This document shows positions 11,031-21,280 of a DNA stretch of 64,000 bases, piece after piece. How positions within the stretch are numbered: the first letter of the stretch is position 1; each line of letters starts with the position of its first letter. Under the pieces are notes generated by a model, which was not told the DNA's origin, ran no database searches, and was given only the letters and a program-made list of their open reading frames with translations. The DNA comes from Longimicrobiales bacterium. Its GTDB lineage: Bacteria; Gemmatimonadota; Gemmatimonadetes; Longimicrobiales; Gaopeijiaceae. Position numbers and translations under genes: made by a program. Where the stretch lies: assembly GCA_965226375.1 (NCBI GenBank), contig CBDDCX010000006.1, forward strand, positions 448,001 to 512,000, read 5' to 3'.

Positions 11031-12508
11031 ATCGACCACCCGGGTCGGTATTCACGGGACAGGTACTGATTGGCCTCTTCGATATTGGTCACCCTCATGT
11101 TCGCTCCGTCGTACTCGATCTTGCGTCCCTGGCCCGTGCGTAGCGCCACGATGCCGAGGAGCATCACCTCCGTGAGCCGGGCCGCATAATCGAAGGGTGA
11201 CGTGGCCGTGGTCTCGCCTTTGCACGCCATCGCCCAGTTCATCTCGTGACTCTCTTCGACGCGCGCATAGGTCTCGGCCACCCCCGCGGCCTCTTCCTGG
11301 AGAGCCTCGGGGAAGAGGACCGGATTCCGACCGTAGGTCTCGTGCATGAGGATGCCGCGGTCCCCCACGTAGATCACGCCCCCCTCCCGCTTCAGGGCGA
11401 TTTCCGGGGGGAGCTGTTCAGGCCGAGGCGGCATGAGGCCGCCGTCGTACCAGTACATGTCGACCGGGGGACGCTCCCCTCGGCTCGGGAATTCGTAATG
11501 GACGGTCATGGCCACCGGGTAGCTGACCGGAGCCTCACTGGGTCCTCCCCAGGGAGTCGACGTAGTCTCGACCGCAGTCGGGTAGCCGAGGTCGAGCGCC
11601 CAGAACGGGTGATCCACCAGGTGTGCTCCCATATCGCCGAGAGCCCCCACACCGAACGCCGTCCAACCCCGCCAATGGAATGGGTGATAAATCGGGTGGT
11701 ACGCCACGTCCTCGGCGATAGCGCCGACGAAGTTCTTCCAGTCCAGGGTCAACGGCTGTGCGTAGCCCCCGTCCAACGCTGCAGCGATGCGGCGGTTCGT
11801 CGATCCTGGCCACCAGTCGCTCTGGTCGGGCATCTCTTCGGGTGTGACCGGCAAAGGAAGTCCCTGGGGCCAGATGGGACGATTGGTCCAGATGTGCACT
11901 TGGCGCACGGCACCGATCACCTCGGCCTCGATCCACTCGTTGACCAGGCGCGCACCATCTTCGGAGTGGCCCTGGTTGCCCATCTGGGTGACGACTCCTG
12001 TCTCGCGGGCGATCCTGGACAGAAGTCGCGCTTCGGCCACGGTGGACGTCAGAGGCTTCTGAACGTAGACATGCTTGCCCATCTCCATGGCAGCCTTCGC
12101 GATGACGGCATGGGCGTGGTCGGGCGTGGCGATCAGAACCGCGTCGATGTCCCTCTGCTTTTCGAGCATCTCACGGAAGTCGCTGTAGTGCGTCGCCCTT
12201 TGGTACTGCTCCTGCCATCGAACGCCCTGGGGTCGAGCGTTCCCGTCGCTGTCTTTGGTCCGCTCGGTGACCTTGCGGGTCACATAGTCGAAATCGATGT
12301 CACATACGGCGACGATATTCTCCGTGCCGAGTTCCTGGGCGTTCTCGCCGCCCATCCCCCCGGCCCCCACGATCGCGACATTCAGGGTATCGCTGGGAGC
12401 CTGGTAGCCGACACCTCCCAGCACATGTCGCGGCACGATCATACCGCCCAAGGCGAGCTTCGAAGCGCCCTCGACGAAGCCGCGCCGAGTCATGGAGTTG
12501 TTGGACAC
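11027..12508 (-). CDS. Tat-exported Gfo/Idh/MocA oxidoreductase
   Basis: GAGGAGG RBS before GTG 12508; MTRRGF twin-arginine motif, [30 protein letters not shown]. Confidence 0.88.
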   Translation of the reverse strand: MSNNSMTRRGFVEGASKLALGGMIVPRHVLGGVGYQAPSDTLNVAIVGAGGMGGENAQELGTENIVAVCDIDFDYVTRKVTERTKDSDGNARPQGVRWQEQYQRATHYSDFREMLEKQRDIDAVLIATPDHAHAVIAKAAMEMGKHVYVQKPLTSTVAEARLLSRIARETGVVTQMGNQGHSEDGARLVNEWIEAEVIGAVRQVHIWTNRPIWPQGLPLPVTPEEMPDQSDWWPGSTNRRIAAALDGGYAQPLTLDWKNFVGAIAEDVAYHPIYHPFHWRGWTAFGVGALGDMGAHLVDHPFWALDLGYPTAVETTSTPWGGPSEAPVSYPVAMTVHYEFPSRGERPPVDMYWYDGGLMPPRPEQLPPEIALKREGGVIYVGDRGILMHETYGRNPVLFPEALQEEAAGVAETYARVEESHEMNWAMACKGETTATSPFDYAARLTEVMLLGIVALRTGQGRKIEYDGANMRVTNIEEANQYLSREYRPGWSM

Positions 12509-12646
12509 GGCGAGTTTTCCTCCTCGTAATCGGTGGCCGGCATCCGCCCCGAACATCGACGGTCCGGGCTCGTGCGACAACATACATGTGTTGGGGCCCA
12601 CGGACACGGCGGGGCCGGGGCAGATCCCGAGGCCTATACTGAGCAG

Positions 12647-13960
12647 ATGACGACTGACATGCAGTCCAGACCGATTTCGATCTACCCTATCCTTTCGGTC
12701 AATTTCGTGGGAACGCTCGGGTTCAGCATCGTCCTGCCATTCCTCGTGTTCCTGGTGACGAGGCTGGGGGGCAACGCCCTGATCTACGGGATCATGGGTG
12801 CCACCTACTCGTTCTTTCAGCTTATCGGAGCACCCATGCTGGGCCGCATGTCCGACCGGTACGGGCGCAAGCGGATCCTGCTGGTGAGCCAGCTTGGCAC
12901 CCTCAGCTCGTGGGCCATCTTCCTCTTCGCACTCGCCTTGCCGGTGACACCCTTGATCGAGGTCGACTCCGGGATGACCGGAGCGTTCACCGTGACCATC
13001 CCACTGGTGGTCCTCTTTCTCGCCCGTGCCTTGGACGGGATCACGGGTGGGAACGTGTCCGTGGCGAACGCCTATCTGGCAGATATCACCGCGGAGAGCG
13101 ATCGAAGCGCAAACTTCGGTAAGATGGCCGTCTCGGGTAATCTCGGCTTCGTTCTCGGTCCGGCCATCGCGGGTGCCTTGGGTGCCACGGCCCTGGGGGA
13201 GGTCCCTCCCGTCGTCGCCGCTTTGCTCATCTCGGTGGTCGCGAGCCTCATCATCGGCTTCAAGCTGCCCGAGTCCACACCCTGCCGCCTCACATCCGAC
13301 CCCGAGCACACGAGCGTCCGTAAGGTCCTCGGCCAGGAGCAGAAGCCCTGCTTCCGGCTCGAGGGCGGATCCGAGTTGTCGATGACGGAGATCCTGGCCC
13401 TGCCTGGCGTCCCTCTCCTGCTGAGCCTCTACTTTCTCGTCTTTCTCGCCTTCAACTTCTTCTACATCGCCTTTCCCGTGCATGCCGCGACCCGGCTCCA
13501 GTGGTCCCTCACGGACATCGGCATCTTCTTCTCGATCATGGGCCTCATGATGGTCGTAGTGCAGGGTCCCGTCCTGACCCGGGTCTCTCGGATCTGGCCG
13601 GAAAGAACGCTGGTTATCGCCGGAGGATTGGTGCTGGCGGTCAGCTTCCTGCTGTTTACCATGGAGGGAAAACCGCCTGCCTACGCCGGGGCAGCTCTGC
13701 TCGCGCTGGGCAACGGCGTCATGTGGCCCTCGCTCATGGCCATCATCTCGATGTCGACGGGTTCGGAGGCACAGGGTGCAGTCCAGGGCTTGGCGAGCAG
13801 CAGCGGAGCGGTGGCCAGCATCGCTGGGCTACTCGTGGGCGGTCTGTTATACGGAGTGCTGGGAGCAAGTGTCTTCGTGTTGGCGGCCGTCATCACATCG
13901 ATAGCCGTGGCGACGAGCCTGCGCATTACACACCCGGCCCCACAACCCGCCACCCGCTGA
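12647..13960 (+). CDS. MFS transporter (TetA/DHA1-like)
   Basis: About 12 hydrophobic segments; [10 protein letters not shown] motif [23 protein letters not shown]. Confidence 0.88.
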   Translation: MTTDMQSRPISIYPILSVNFVGTLGFSIVLPFLVFLVTRLGGNALIYGIMGATYSFFQLIGAPMLGRMSDRYGRKRILLVSQLGTLSSWAIFLFALALPVTPLIEVDSGMTGAFTVTIPLVVLFLARALDGITGGNVSVANAYLADITAESDRSANFGKMAVSGNLGFVLGPAIAGALGATALGEVPPVVAALLISVVASLIIGFKLPESTPCRLTSDPEHTSVRKVLGQEQKPCFRLEGGSELSMTEILALPGVPLLLSLYFLVFLAFNFFYIAFPVHAATRLQWSLTDIGIFFSIMGLMMVVVQGPVLTRVSRIWPERTLVIAGGLVLAVSFLLFTMEGKPPAYAGAALLALGNGVMWPSLMAIISMSTGSEAQGAVQGLASSSGAVASIAGLLVGGLLYGVLGASVFVLAAVITSIAVATSLRITHPAPQPATR

Positions 13961-14025
13961 TCCGAGGCACCACGCGACACAAGACGTGCCCACCGGCCCG
14001 TCTTCCCGACGGATTCGGCGGCTCG

Positions 14026-15496
14026 TCACCGATTCTCGAAGAGGATCAGGAGGTCGTCGATCTCGTCGATACCACTGATGTCCAGATCTCCGTCGTTGTC
14101 GCGGTCGTGGAGGATTACACAGGAGGCCGCCTCCGAAGCCTCGAGCGCTACGGGGAACCGGACCAGCGAGCCCCCCCCCGACGTTCTCGTGGATCTCGAA
14201 ACGCCCAGAACTGAAGTGCGACGAGACGGCATCCAGGTCGCCATCCCCGTCCAGGTCACCCAGGTCGATGGCCAAGGGGAAATCGCCCAGGTCGTGGTTC
14301 TGGTCCAACCTCAAACCCCCCTCACCATCTCCCAGGAAGACCGCCAGGGTACCTTCGACCGGATTCACACCCGCAAAGTCCACATGCCCGTCTCCGTTGA
14401 GATCGCCGCTCGCCAGCATCCACGGATCCCCGCTCGTGGGGACCCGATCGGTCTCGGTGAACGTCCCGTCTCCGTTCGACAGGAAGGCGGTCATGTCGCC
14501 GCTCAAGCGCGCACCGATGACGAGATCGACGAGACCATCCTCGTTGAGATCTCCGACGGCGCAGCTCCACTCTCCATCTCCAGCGTCGAAGGTACCCCGC
14601 GAGCTGAAGAGTCCGGCTCCATCGTTCTCGAACAACGCCACGTGGTTGCCTTCGCGCGAGGCGGCGACCAGATCGGGATCCCCGTCATTCTCGAAGTCGA
14701 GAAGGCAAAGCCCCCTTATGCGTGCACCAGCGTCCAAGTTCTGCCGATGCACGAGGCCGCCTGATCCGTCCCCGTGAAAGATTGCCACGTAGGTACCCAT
14801 TGCACTCCCCACCGCAAGGTCGGGGTCCCCATCACCGTCGAAGTCCGCACCCTCGTTCGTGCTCGGCCGGTCTCCCTGGGGGACAGGAACCACTGTGAAG
14901 GGACCATATCCACCTGTACCGTCGTTCATGAAAACCCGCAGATCGTTCGATTCCTCGTTCGGCGTGACCATGTCCGACCATCCGTCCCCATCGAGGTCCC
15001 CCGCGTAGGCGCCGTATGTCTGGATGTGCTCCTCACCGGGATGCCGCACTTCCACGGTGCTCACTTCCTCGAACGTCATGGAGGTGGGCGCGACGGCGAC
15101 CCAGAAGGTCCATGTGAACCCGTGCAGCATCTCGGCGCTGTCCGCGCCACGCACCGACCCCCTGGGAATGGTCACGGTCACCGACTCTCCCGCTGACAGG
15201 GGCCGGGCCGGGGAGAACCGAAGCTCCCGGTCCCCGTCGCTGAGCGTCACCGAGCCCGTCAGGACTCCGGACCACCTACCGAGAACCCGCACGTCCCCAT
15301 CAGACACGGTGCTGGAGTCGAGGGGTCGGTCGAAGACGACGATCAAATCGTCGGACGCCCCGGCCGAGGTCGCATTCGCGCTGGGGGTGCGTGACAGAAT
15401 CTGGAGCGGGACATCCGGGCCGATCCCGTCATCGGAATCCGCGCAGCCGAACACAAAGAGAACCACCGCCGTCAGGCCGACCACCGGAACCTTCAT
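14026..15496 (-). CDS. Lipoprotein with Ig-like domain and FG-GAP/VCBS repeats; frameshifted at a G9 tract
   Basis: Lipobox VFGC and repeated DLDGDG.D motifs. The last repeat (HDRDNDGDLD) lies in another frame after the G9 run at 14171-14179. Confidence 0.75.
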
Positions 15497-15674
15497 GACT
15501 GAGAATCGCGGCACCGCATTCGCTCCCGCGTGGGCGGCCTGATGGAACCGTTCGTAATCGACATCCTTCGCTACGCTAGCGAACAACTTGCGGTTACACA
15601 CCTTGCAGGACGCACGGCCTGTCCGGAAGATGCGGATCCCCGACCGGTCTAACTTCGCATAGCGGGAGACGCGC

Positions 15675-16010
15675 ATGAGCGTCGGAGACGACGTACACGC
15701 GAGCGCATTGGTTCTGGACGCCCATACCGACACCCTCCAGCGTCTGGTCATGGACGAGGTGGATCTCGGTGTCCGCTCTTCGGGTGATCCCCTGGTGGAG
15801 CGGGCCGACCTGCCCCGCTACGCCGAGGGCGGCATAGACGCACAGATCTTCGCGGTCTGGGTGGACACCATCTACGTGCCCCACCACGCGGCGCGACGCG
15901 CGTTGCAGCAGATCGATGCCTTCCATCGTGTTCTGGAGGCGTACCCCGACCGCGTCGGGCTGGCCCGCACAGGCCAGGACGTGAGAGACCAGTCGGCGGC
16001 CGGGCGCTGA
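15675..16010 (+). pseudogene. Truncated membrane dipeptidase (peptidase M19)
   Basis: VLDAHTDT, DLPRYAEGGIDAQIFAVWV and ALQQID match the N-terminal third of the family; the ORF ends at 111 aa. Confidence 0.75.
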
Positions 16011-16074
16011 GTTATCTCCGTTATCTTCCTGGCTTCCCGCTGCCCGCAACGACATCGAACGGTGCTTTCTTCGC

Positions 16075-16140
16075 CGGCGGAGCCGCGCTTCCAACGGCGG
16101 CGAAGCCGCTCTACAACAGCGGCGGAGCCGCTCTACATAG
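16075..16140 (+). repeat. Three imperfect ~22-bp tandem repeats
   Basis: CGGCGGAGCCGCGCTTCCAACGG / CGGCGAAGCCGCTCTACAACAG / CGGCGGAGCCGCTCTACATAG. Confidence 0.7.
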
Positions 16141-16151
16141 ACGGTCGACCC

Positions 16152-17477
16152 TTGAGACGTTCCCCCTCCTCCATCCTTCTCTTCTGGACACCCCTCGCAG
16201 CCACCTGGGTGATGATGGCTTCGGAGGGTCCGTTCTTAGCGGCGGTGATCGCCCGCCTGGTCGACCCGAAGTTCAATCTGGCTGCCTACGGAGTGGCCTT
16301 CGCGTTCGCCATCCTCATCGAGTCGCCGGTCATCATGCTCATGAGCGCGTCGACCGCCCTTGCAGAAGATTCGGCGACCTACCGCAAGCTCAAGCACTTC
16401 ATGCACGGGCTGAACGCTCTGGCCACAGGCCTGCTGCTCTTCGTGCTGATACCTCCCGTGTACCACTGGCTGATGGACACGGTCCTCGGCCTGCCGGAGG
16501 AAGTGGCCAGCCTGACCTATGGAGCCCTCTGGATCTTCTTGCCCTGGGCGGGAGCCATCGGATATCGACGGTGCGTACAGGGCCTCCTGATCCGATCGGG
16601 ACGGACGCGCCTGGTGGCCCTGGGAACCGTGGTACGACTCACGACGATGGCGGCCACCGCTCTGGTTCTGTACCGGGGCTTTTCACTGCCGGGTGCCTGG
16701 GTGGGGGCCGCCGCGTTGACCGTGGGCGTTTGTATGGAGGCCATAGCCGCCCGGCTCATGGCCATCACCACCATCCGGGAGCTTCTCGCAACCGAGACTG
16801 GGGGTCCCGAGTCGGGTGAGCCGCTGGGATACGGAGCGATCGCCCGATTCTACTACCCGCTGGCCCTGACTTCGCTCATCGGACTCACGGTGCAACCGCT
16901 TCTGACGTTCTTCATGGGCCGAGCCCTCTCGCCCCTCGAGTCACTGGCGGTCTTCCCGGTCGTGCACGCACTGTCGTTTCTCTTTCGCTCCCTGGGACTG
17001 AGCTTTCAGGAAGCCGCGTTGGCTCTCATGGGAAGGCGGCACGAGCACTTCCCCGAGTTGGCCCGGTTCGCCCTCTGGCTCGGGCTCGCGAGTTCGGCCG
17101 CGCTTGGGCTCGTCACCTTCACGCCTCTCGCTTCGGTGTGGTTTGGGACGGTCTCAGGCCTGAGCCCCGAGTTGGTGGCGTTTGCCCTTGCGCCGGCCCG
17201 GGTCCTGGTGCCGCTCCCGGCGTTGTCGGTTCTGCTGTCACTCCAGAGAGCGGTGCTCATGCAGGGGCGGCGCACCCATCCCATCACCTTGGCCACGTCC
17301 ATCGAAGTCACGGGAGTGGCCGTCCTTTTCGTGACCTTTGGATGGGGACTGGACTTCGTAGGCGTAACCGCAGCGTTCATCGCCTTCCTGGGAGGCCGAC
17401 TGGCCGGAGTACTCTACCTGATGCGGAGCTCACTGGAGGTGCTGCGGGCGTCCGGCTACGACCTGGCCAAGTCGTAG
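16152..17477 (+). CDS. ANKH-like / MOP-superfamily membrane transporter
   Basis: Duplicated FW/FYxPLA halves, LAAYGVAFAFAILIESP and many TM helices; the TTG start is tentative. Confidence 0.6.
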   Translation: MRRSPSSILLFWTPLAATWVMMASEGPFLAAVIARLVDPKFNLAAYGVAFAFAILIESPVIMLMSASTALAEDSATYRKLKHFMHGLNALATGLLLFVLIPPVYHWLMDTVLGLPEEVASLTYGALWIFLPWAGAIGYRRCVQGLLIRSGRTRLVALGTVVRLTTMAATALVLYRGFSLPGAWVGAAALTVGVCMEAIAARLMAITTIRELLATETGGPESGEPLGYGAIARFYYPLALTSLIGLTVQPLLTFFMGRALSPLESLAVFPVVHALSFLFRSLGLSFQEAALALMGRRHEHFPELARFALWLGLASSAALGLVTFTPLASVWFGTVSGLSPELVAFALAPARVLVPLPALSVLLSLQRAVLMQGRRTHPITLATSIEVTGVAVLFVTFGWGLDFVGVTAAFIAFLGGRLAGVLYLMRSSLEVLRASGYDLAKS

Positions 17478-17486
17478 CACCTTTCA

Positions 17487-17539
17487 GTTGCACCTCGGTT
17501 GCACCTCGGTTACGCCTCGGTTACGCCTCGGTTGCACCC
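17487..17539 (+). repeat. 11-bp tandem repeat, ~5 copies
   Basis: GTTGCACCTCG x2, GTTACGCCTCG x2, GTTGCACCC. Confidence 0.85.
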
Positions 17540-17654
17540 ATCCCGACACGGCTCCATGGTAGCTGTCGGGGCCCGCGCCGCGAGAGCATGGTCCGACCCG
17601 CCCAGGATCAGACGCGCGGTAAATCGACCGAGCGCTAGACACGTGATCAAGTGA

Positions 17655-18344
17655 GTGAACGCCATGAAGCAGACCGGACGCCTGGGCTTTCGGATCGTGA
17701 CGGATCTTCCCCGACCGGCCCCCGAGCTGGTGGCACGCTTTCGGGGAGTGCCGAGCTCCAATGCCGCCGACGCCATGGGCCGATTCCACTTCATGGACCC
17801 CGGAATCGTCAGTCGGTCGGGTATGCCCGCTTGCGGCGTCGCCGTCACCGTGAGTTGTCGGCCGGGAGACAACCTCATGGTGCACAAGGCGCTCGAGGTC
17901 GCCGAACCCGGTGACGTGGTCGTGGTAACGACCAACGGCAACATCACGAGCGCCGTCTTCGGGGAACTCATGTGCAACTCGGCCGTGGCGGCCCGCCTGG
18001 GCGGCATTGTAGTGGACGGCGCCATTCGGGATGTCTCCGATCTCGCCGCTCTTTCGTTCCCCGCGTTCAGCCGAGCCGTGAACCCTGGGGGGTGCGACAA
18101 GGACGGTCCGGGCGAGATCAACGTGCCCATCGCATGCGGAGGCGCGGTCGTAATGCCCGGAGATATTGTCCTGGGTGACGAAGACGGCGTCACCGTGGTG
18201 CCCAGGGAGGCCGCCGAGGAGGTCGCGGAGTTGATCGAGGCGCTCCAGGCCCGAGAGGCCGCACGCATCGAGGCGATCGCGGGGGGCGAGGTCTTCAAGG
18301 CCCAGATCGACGATAGTCTTCGCGCGAAGGGGATCATGGAGTGA
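17655..18344 (+). CDS. RraA family / HMG aldolase-like protein
   Basis: GDNLMVHKAL, FGELM, VVDGAIRD, PGDIVLGDEDGVTVVP. Confidence 0.85.
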   Translation: MNAMKQTGRLGFRIVTDLPRPAPELVARFRGVPSSNAADAMGRFHFMDPGIVSRSGMPACGVAVTVSCRPGDNLMVHKALEVAEPGDVVVVTTNGNITSAVFGELMCNSAVAARLGGIVVDGAIRDVSDLAALSFPAFSRAVNPGGCDKDGPGEINVPIACGGAVVMPGDIVLGDEDGVTVVPREAAEEVAELIEALQAREAARIEAIAGGEVFKAQIDDSLRAKGIME

Positions 18345-19474
18345 CGTCTCCGCCGCCGATGCTGCTCATGACGCCGGGACCCAGCCGTGTACCGGATCGC
18401 GCCTTGGAGGCGGGGGCACAGCCCGCGATGCACCACCGCACTCCCGAGTTCTCGGAGCAGCTGGGAGCGGTGATCGAGATGATGCGCCCCCTGTTCGGCA
18501 CGACCGGAGACGTCCTGCCGGTGCACACTACAGGCCGGGGCGCCATGGAAGCGGCGATCTGCAATCTGTTCTCCCCGGGCGATGAGCTCATCGCCTGCTG
18601 CAACGGCAAGTTCGGGAACATGTGGTCGGGCTTCGCAGAGTCCTACGGCCTCACCGTCCACCGCGTCTCAGAAGACTGGAGCCAAGGTCTGGACCGAGAG
18701 GAGATCGAAGACGCCTTCGTCGACTTCCCCGCATCGAAGGCCATCTTGGTGGTCCACTCCGACACGTCCACCGGTGTACTCAACGATGTCGAGGCGGTCG
18801 CCGCCCTGGCTCGATCCAGAGGCGCACTGACCTTGGTAGACTCCATCAGCGCCGTAGGAGGCGTTCCGTTCCGCTTCGACGACTGGGGCGTCGATCTAGC
18901 GGTCACCGGGAGTCAGAAGTGCTTGATGTCGAGTCCCGGACTCGCCTTTGCCGTCCTGGGACCGCGAGCATGGGCGGCTGTGGAGTCCGCGAGCCTCCCC
19001 GCGAACTATTGGAACTTCAGGGCGATCCGGGAGACCCTCACGGAACCTCGTCCTGAGACGCCCGGCACCACGCCTGTCCATCTGGTTCTCCAGCTTCGCG
19101 GTGCCCTCGACATGATCCATGAGGAGGGGCTGGCGGCGGTCTTCGCCCGTCACGAATCCATGGCGGCAATGTGCGTGGCCTGCGTGCATGAGCTCGGCCT
19201 GGAGCTGCAGTGCCCCGATCTCCCTCGCCACTCTCCAACGCTGACAGCGATCCAGGCACCCGAGTCGGTGACGGCATCCGACATCCGGGACGGGCTGCGC
19301 GAGCAGAACATTCTCGTTGCAGTGGGTCTGGGCCCGTTCGAGGGCCGCAGCGTTCGTATCGGTCACATGGGTGATATCAGGCCCGACGACGTCGAGCGCA
19401 CCCTGGTGGCCCTGACCGAGGTGCTCGGCGAACTGGGATGGAGCTCCCGATCCCACGCGAGCACGACCGGCTAG
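18341..19474 (+). CDS. Class V PLP aminotransferase (alanine/serine-glyoxylate type)
   Basis: LMTPGPS, HSDTSTG, VDSIS, TGSQKCL (PLP lysine), RIGHMG. Confidence 0.9.
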   Translation: MTSPPPMLLMTPGPSRVPDRALEAGAQPAMHHRTPEFSEQLGAVIEMMRPLFGTTGDVLPVHTTGRGAMEAAICNLFSPGDELIACCNGKFGNMWSGFAESYGLTVHRVSEDWSQGLDREEIEDAFVDFPASKAILVVHSDTSTGVLNDVEAVAALARSRGALTLVDSISAVGGVPFRFDDWGVDLAVTGSQKCLMSSPGLAFAVLGPRAWAAVESASLPANYWNFRAIRETLTEPRPETPGTTPVHLVLQLRGALDMIHEEGLAAVFARHESMAAMCVACVHELGLELQCPDLPRHSPTLTAIQAPESVTASDIRDGLREQNILVAVGLGPFEGRSVRIGHMGDIRPDDVERTLVALTEVLGELGWSSRSHASTTG

Positions 19475-19485
19475 GGCATACGCAC

Positions 19486-20750
19486 GTGGCCGGGAAGACC
19501 ATCAGCGAGAAGATCCTCTCCGAGAAATCGGGTCGGTCCGTTTCTGCCGGTGACTTCGTTATCTGCGAGCCCGACCGTCTCCTCGGAACGGACGCGGCGA
19601 CGCCGATGGCGATCGACTACTTCAACCAGATGGGCAGCGAGGTTGTCTTGCACCCAGAGCGGGTTTTGATCGCACTCGATCACTACGCACCACCGTCGTC
19701 CGCGGCAACCACGGGATTTCACGATCGGATCCGTGGATTTTCTGGCTCCCACGGACTTCGAGTCTGTGAGGTCGGGGACGGAATCAGCCACCAGTTGGCT
19801 GCCGAGCTGGGTTGGGTGCGGCCGGGAGACCTGGTCGCGGGAGCCGACAGTCATACCGTCACGTTGGGAGCGCTCAACGCTTTCGCCACGGGCATCGGAT
19901 CCTCGGATCTGGCGGCGGCGCTCGCATGCGGACAAGTATGGCTCCGCGTACCCGAGACGCTCCGGATCCGTATCGAGGGGGCGCTTCAGCCGGGCGTGAG
20001 GGCCAAGGACATCGCCCTGGGATACTTCGAGAGACGGACGGCCGTGGTTCCGGCCACATGGCTCTCGAATTCGACGGCGAAGGTGTGACGGAGATGGTGA
20101 TGGACGAACGATTCGTCGTGAGCAACCTCGTCGTGGAGATGGGGGCCAAGGCAGGAATCTTTCGAGCGGACGACACCACCCGACGCTACTTGAGCGAACG
20201 CTCCTCCGACGGGTGGGAGGCCGTCGAGTCCGACGCGGACGCCCACTTCGCGAGAGAGATCGTGATCGACATCGGAGACCTGTCGCCTCTCGTGGCACTG
20301 CCGCACGACCCCGCGAATGTGGCGGGGATCGAAGAAGTTTTGGGAGAACCGATCGACATGGTATTTCTCGGGACCTGTAGCGGAGGCAGGGTGGACGACT
20401 TTCGTCGTGCCCTGGCGATTCTCCGTGCGGGGGGCGGGCCGGCCGACGGGGTTCGGCTGGTGGTCACCCCGGCTTCGCGGGAGGTCCACGACCAGCTGCT
20501 CGACGACGGCACCCTCGACGCCCTGCGCGCCATGAGTGCCGTGATCACCACGCCGGGATGCGGTCCCTGCTGCGGCACGTCCGAGCCGATCCCCGAGCCC
20601 GGCATGCGGATCATCTCCACAGCCAACCGCAATTACCAGGGCCGCATGGGAGATGCTACCGCGTCCATCTATCTGGCCTCACCCGAGACGTGCGCTGCAA
20701 GCGCGGCCATGGGATGTATCACTGATCCTCGTACAATGCTCGGGGCGTAG
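19486..20750 (+). pseudogene. leuC: LeuC/homoaconitase-like large subunit split by a 1-nt frameshift
   Basis: KTISEKIL, DH, GISHQ and GADSHT lie in one frame; GTCSGGR, PGCGPCCG, TANRNYQGRMG and YLASP lie in another. The frame is restored if GGG at 20019-20021 is GGGG. Confidence 0.8.
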
Positions 20751-21268
20751 TGGAGTTCTACGCCGAAGGACGAGCCCACCGACTCGGCGACGACGTCAAC
20801 ACCGACCACATCATAGCCTCATCCCGCAAGAAGGAGACGCTCGATCCTCACGAACTGAAGGAATTCCTGTTCGAGGGCTCCAGGCCCGGGTTTGCCGCCA
20901 CCGTGGAAGAGGGTGACGTTCTGGTGGCGGGCCTGAACTTCGGATGCGGATCGGCCATGGAGGTCGCGGTCACAACTCTGATGGCCGCTGGGATTCGCGT
21001 CGTTCTCGCGGCCAGCTTTGCTCGGACCTACTACCGGAATGCCCTGAATAACGGGCTCATTACGTTGGAGTGTGACGTATCGGGTATTCGAGACCTCGAC
21101 CGCCTCAGGGTGACCCTATCGGGAGAGAACGTCCACGTGACGAACCTGACCCGAGGAGTTCCCATCCGGACCGAGCGAATCTCCGGCATCGCACAGGAAC
21201 TCTTGGAGGCAGGTGGAATCGTGCCCCTCATACGCGACCGGGGTGGTCTCCGCTCGCCCCTGCCGTGA
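20750..21268 (+). CDS. leuD: LeuD-like dehydratase small subunit
   Basis: GDDVNTDHII, NFGCGSAME, SFARTYYRNALNNG. Confidence 0.85.
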   Translation: MEFYAEGRAHRLGDDVNTDHIIASSRKKETLDPHELKEFLFEGSRPGFAATVEEGDVLVAGLNFGCGSAMEVAVTTLMAAGIRVVLAASFARTYYRNALNNGLITLECDVSGIRDLDRLRVTLSGENVHVTNLTRGVPIRTERISGIAQELLEAGGIVPLIRDRGGLRSPLP

Positions 21269-21280
21269 CTGCAGCCGGCC

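Noticed and set aside
12509..13483. Long N-terminal extension of the Gfo/Idh/MocA ORF
   Set aside because: Overlaps the MFS gene on the other strand; a strong RBS and Tat motif place the start at 12508.
16075..17539. Short repeats as a possible CRISPR array
   Set aside because: Tandem units without spacers, and no cas genes.
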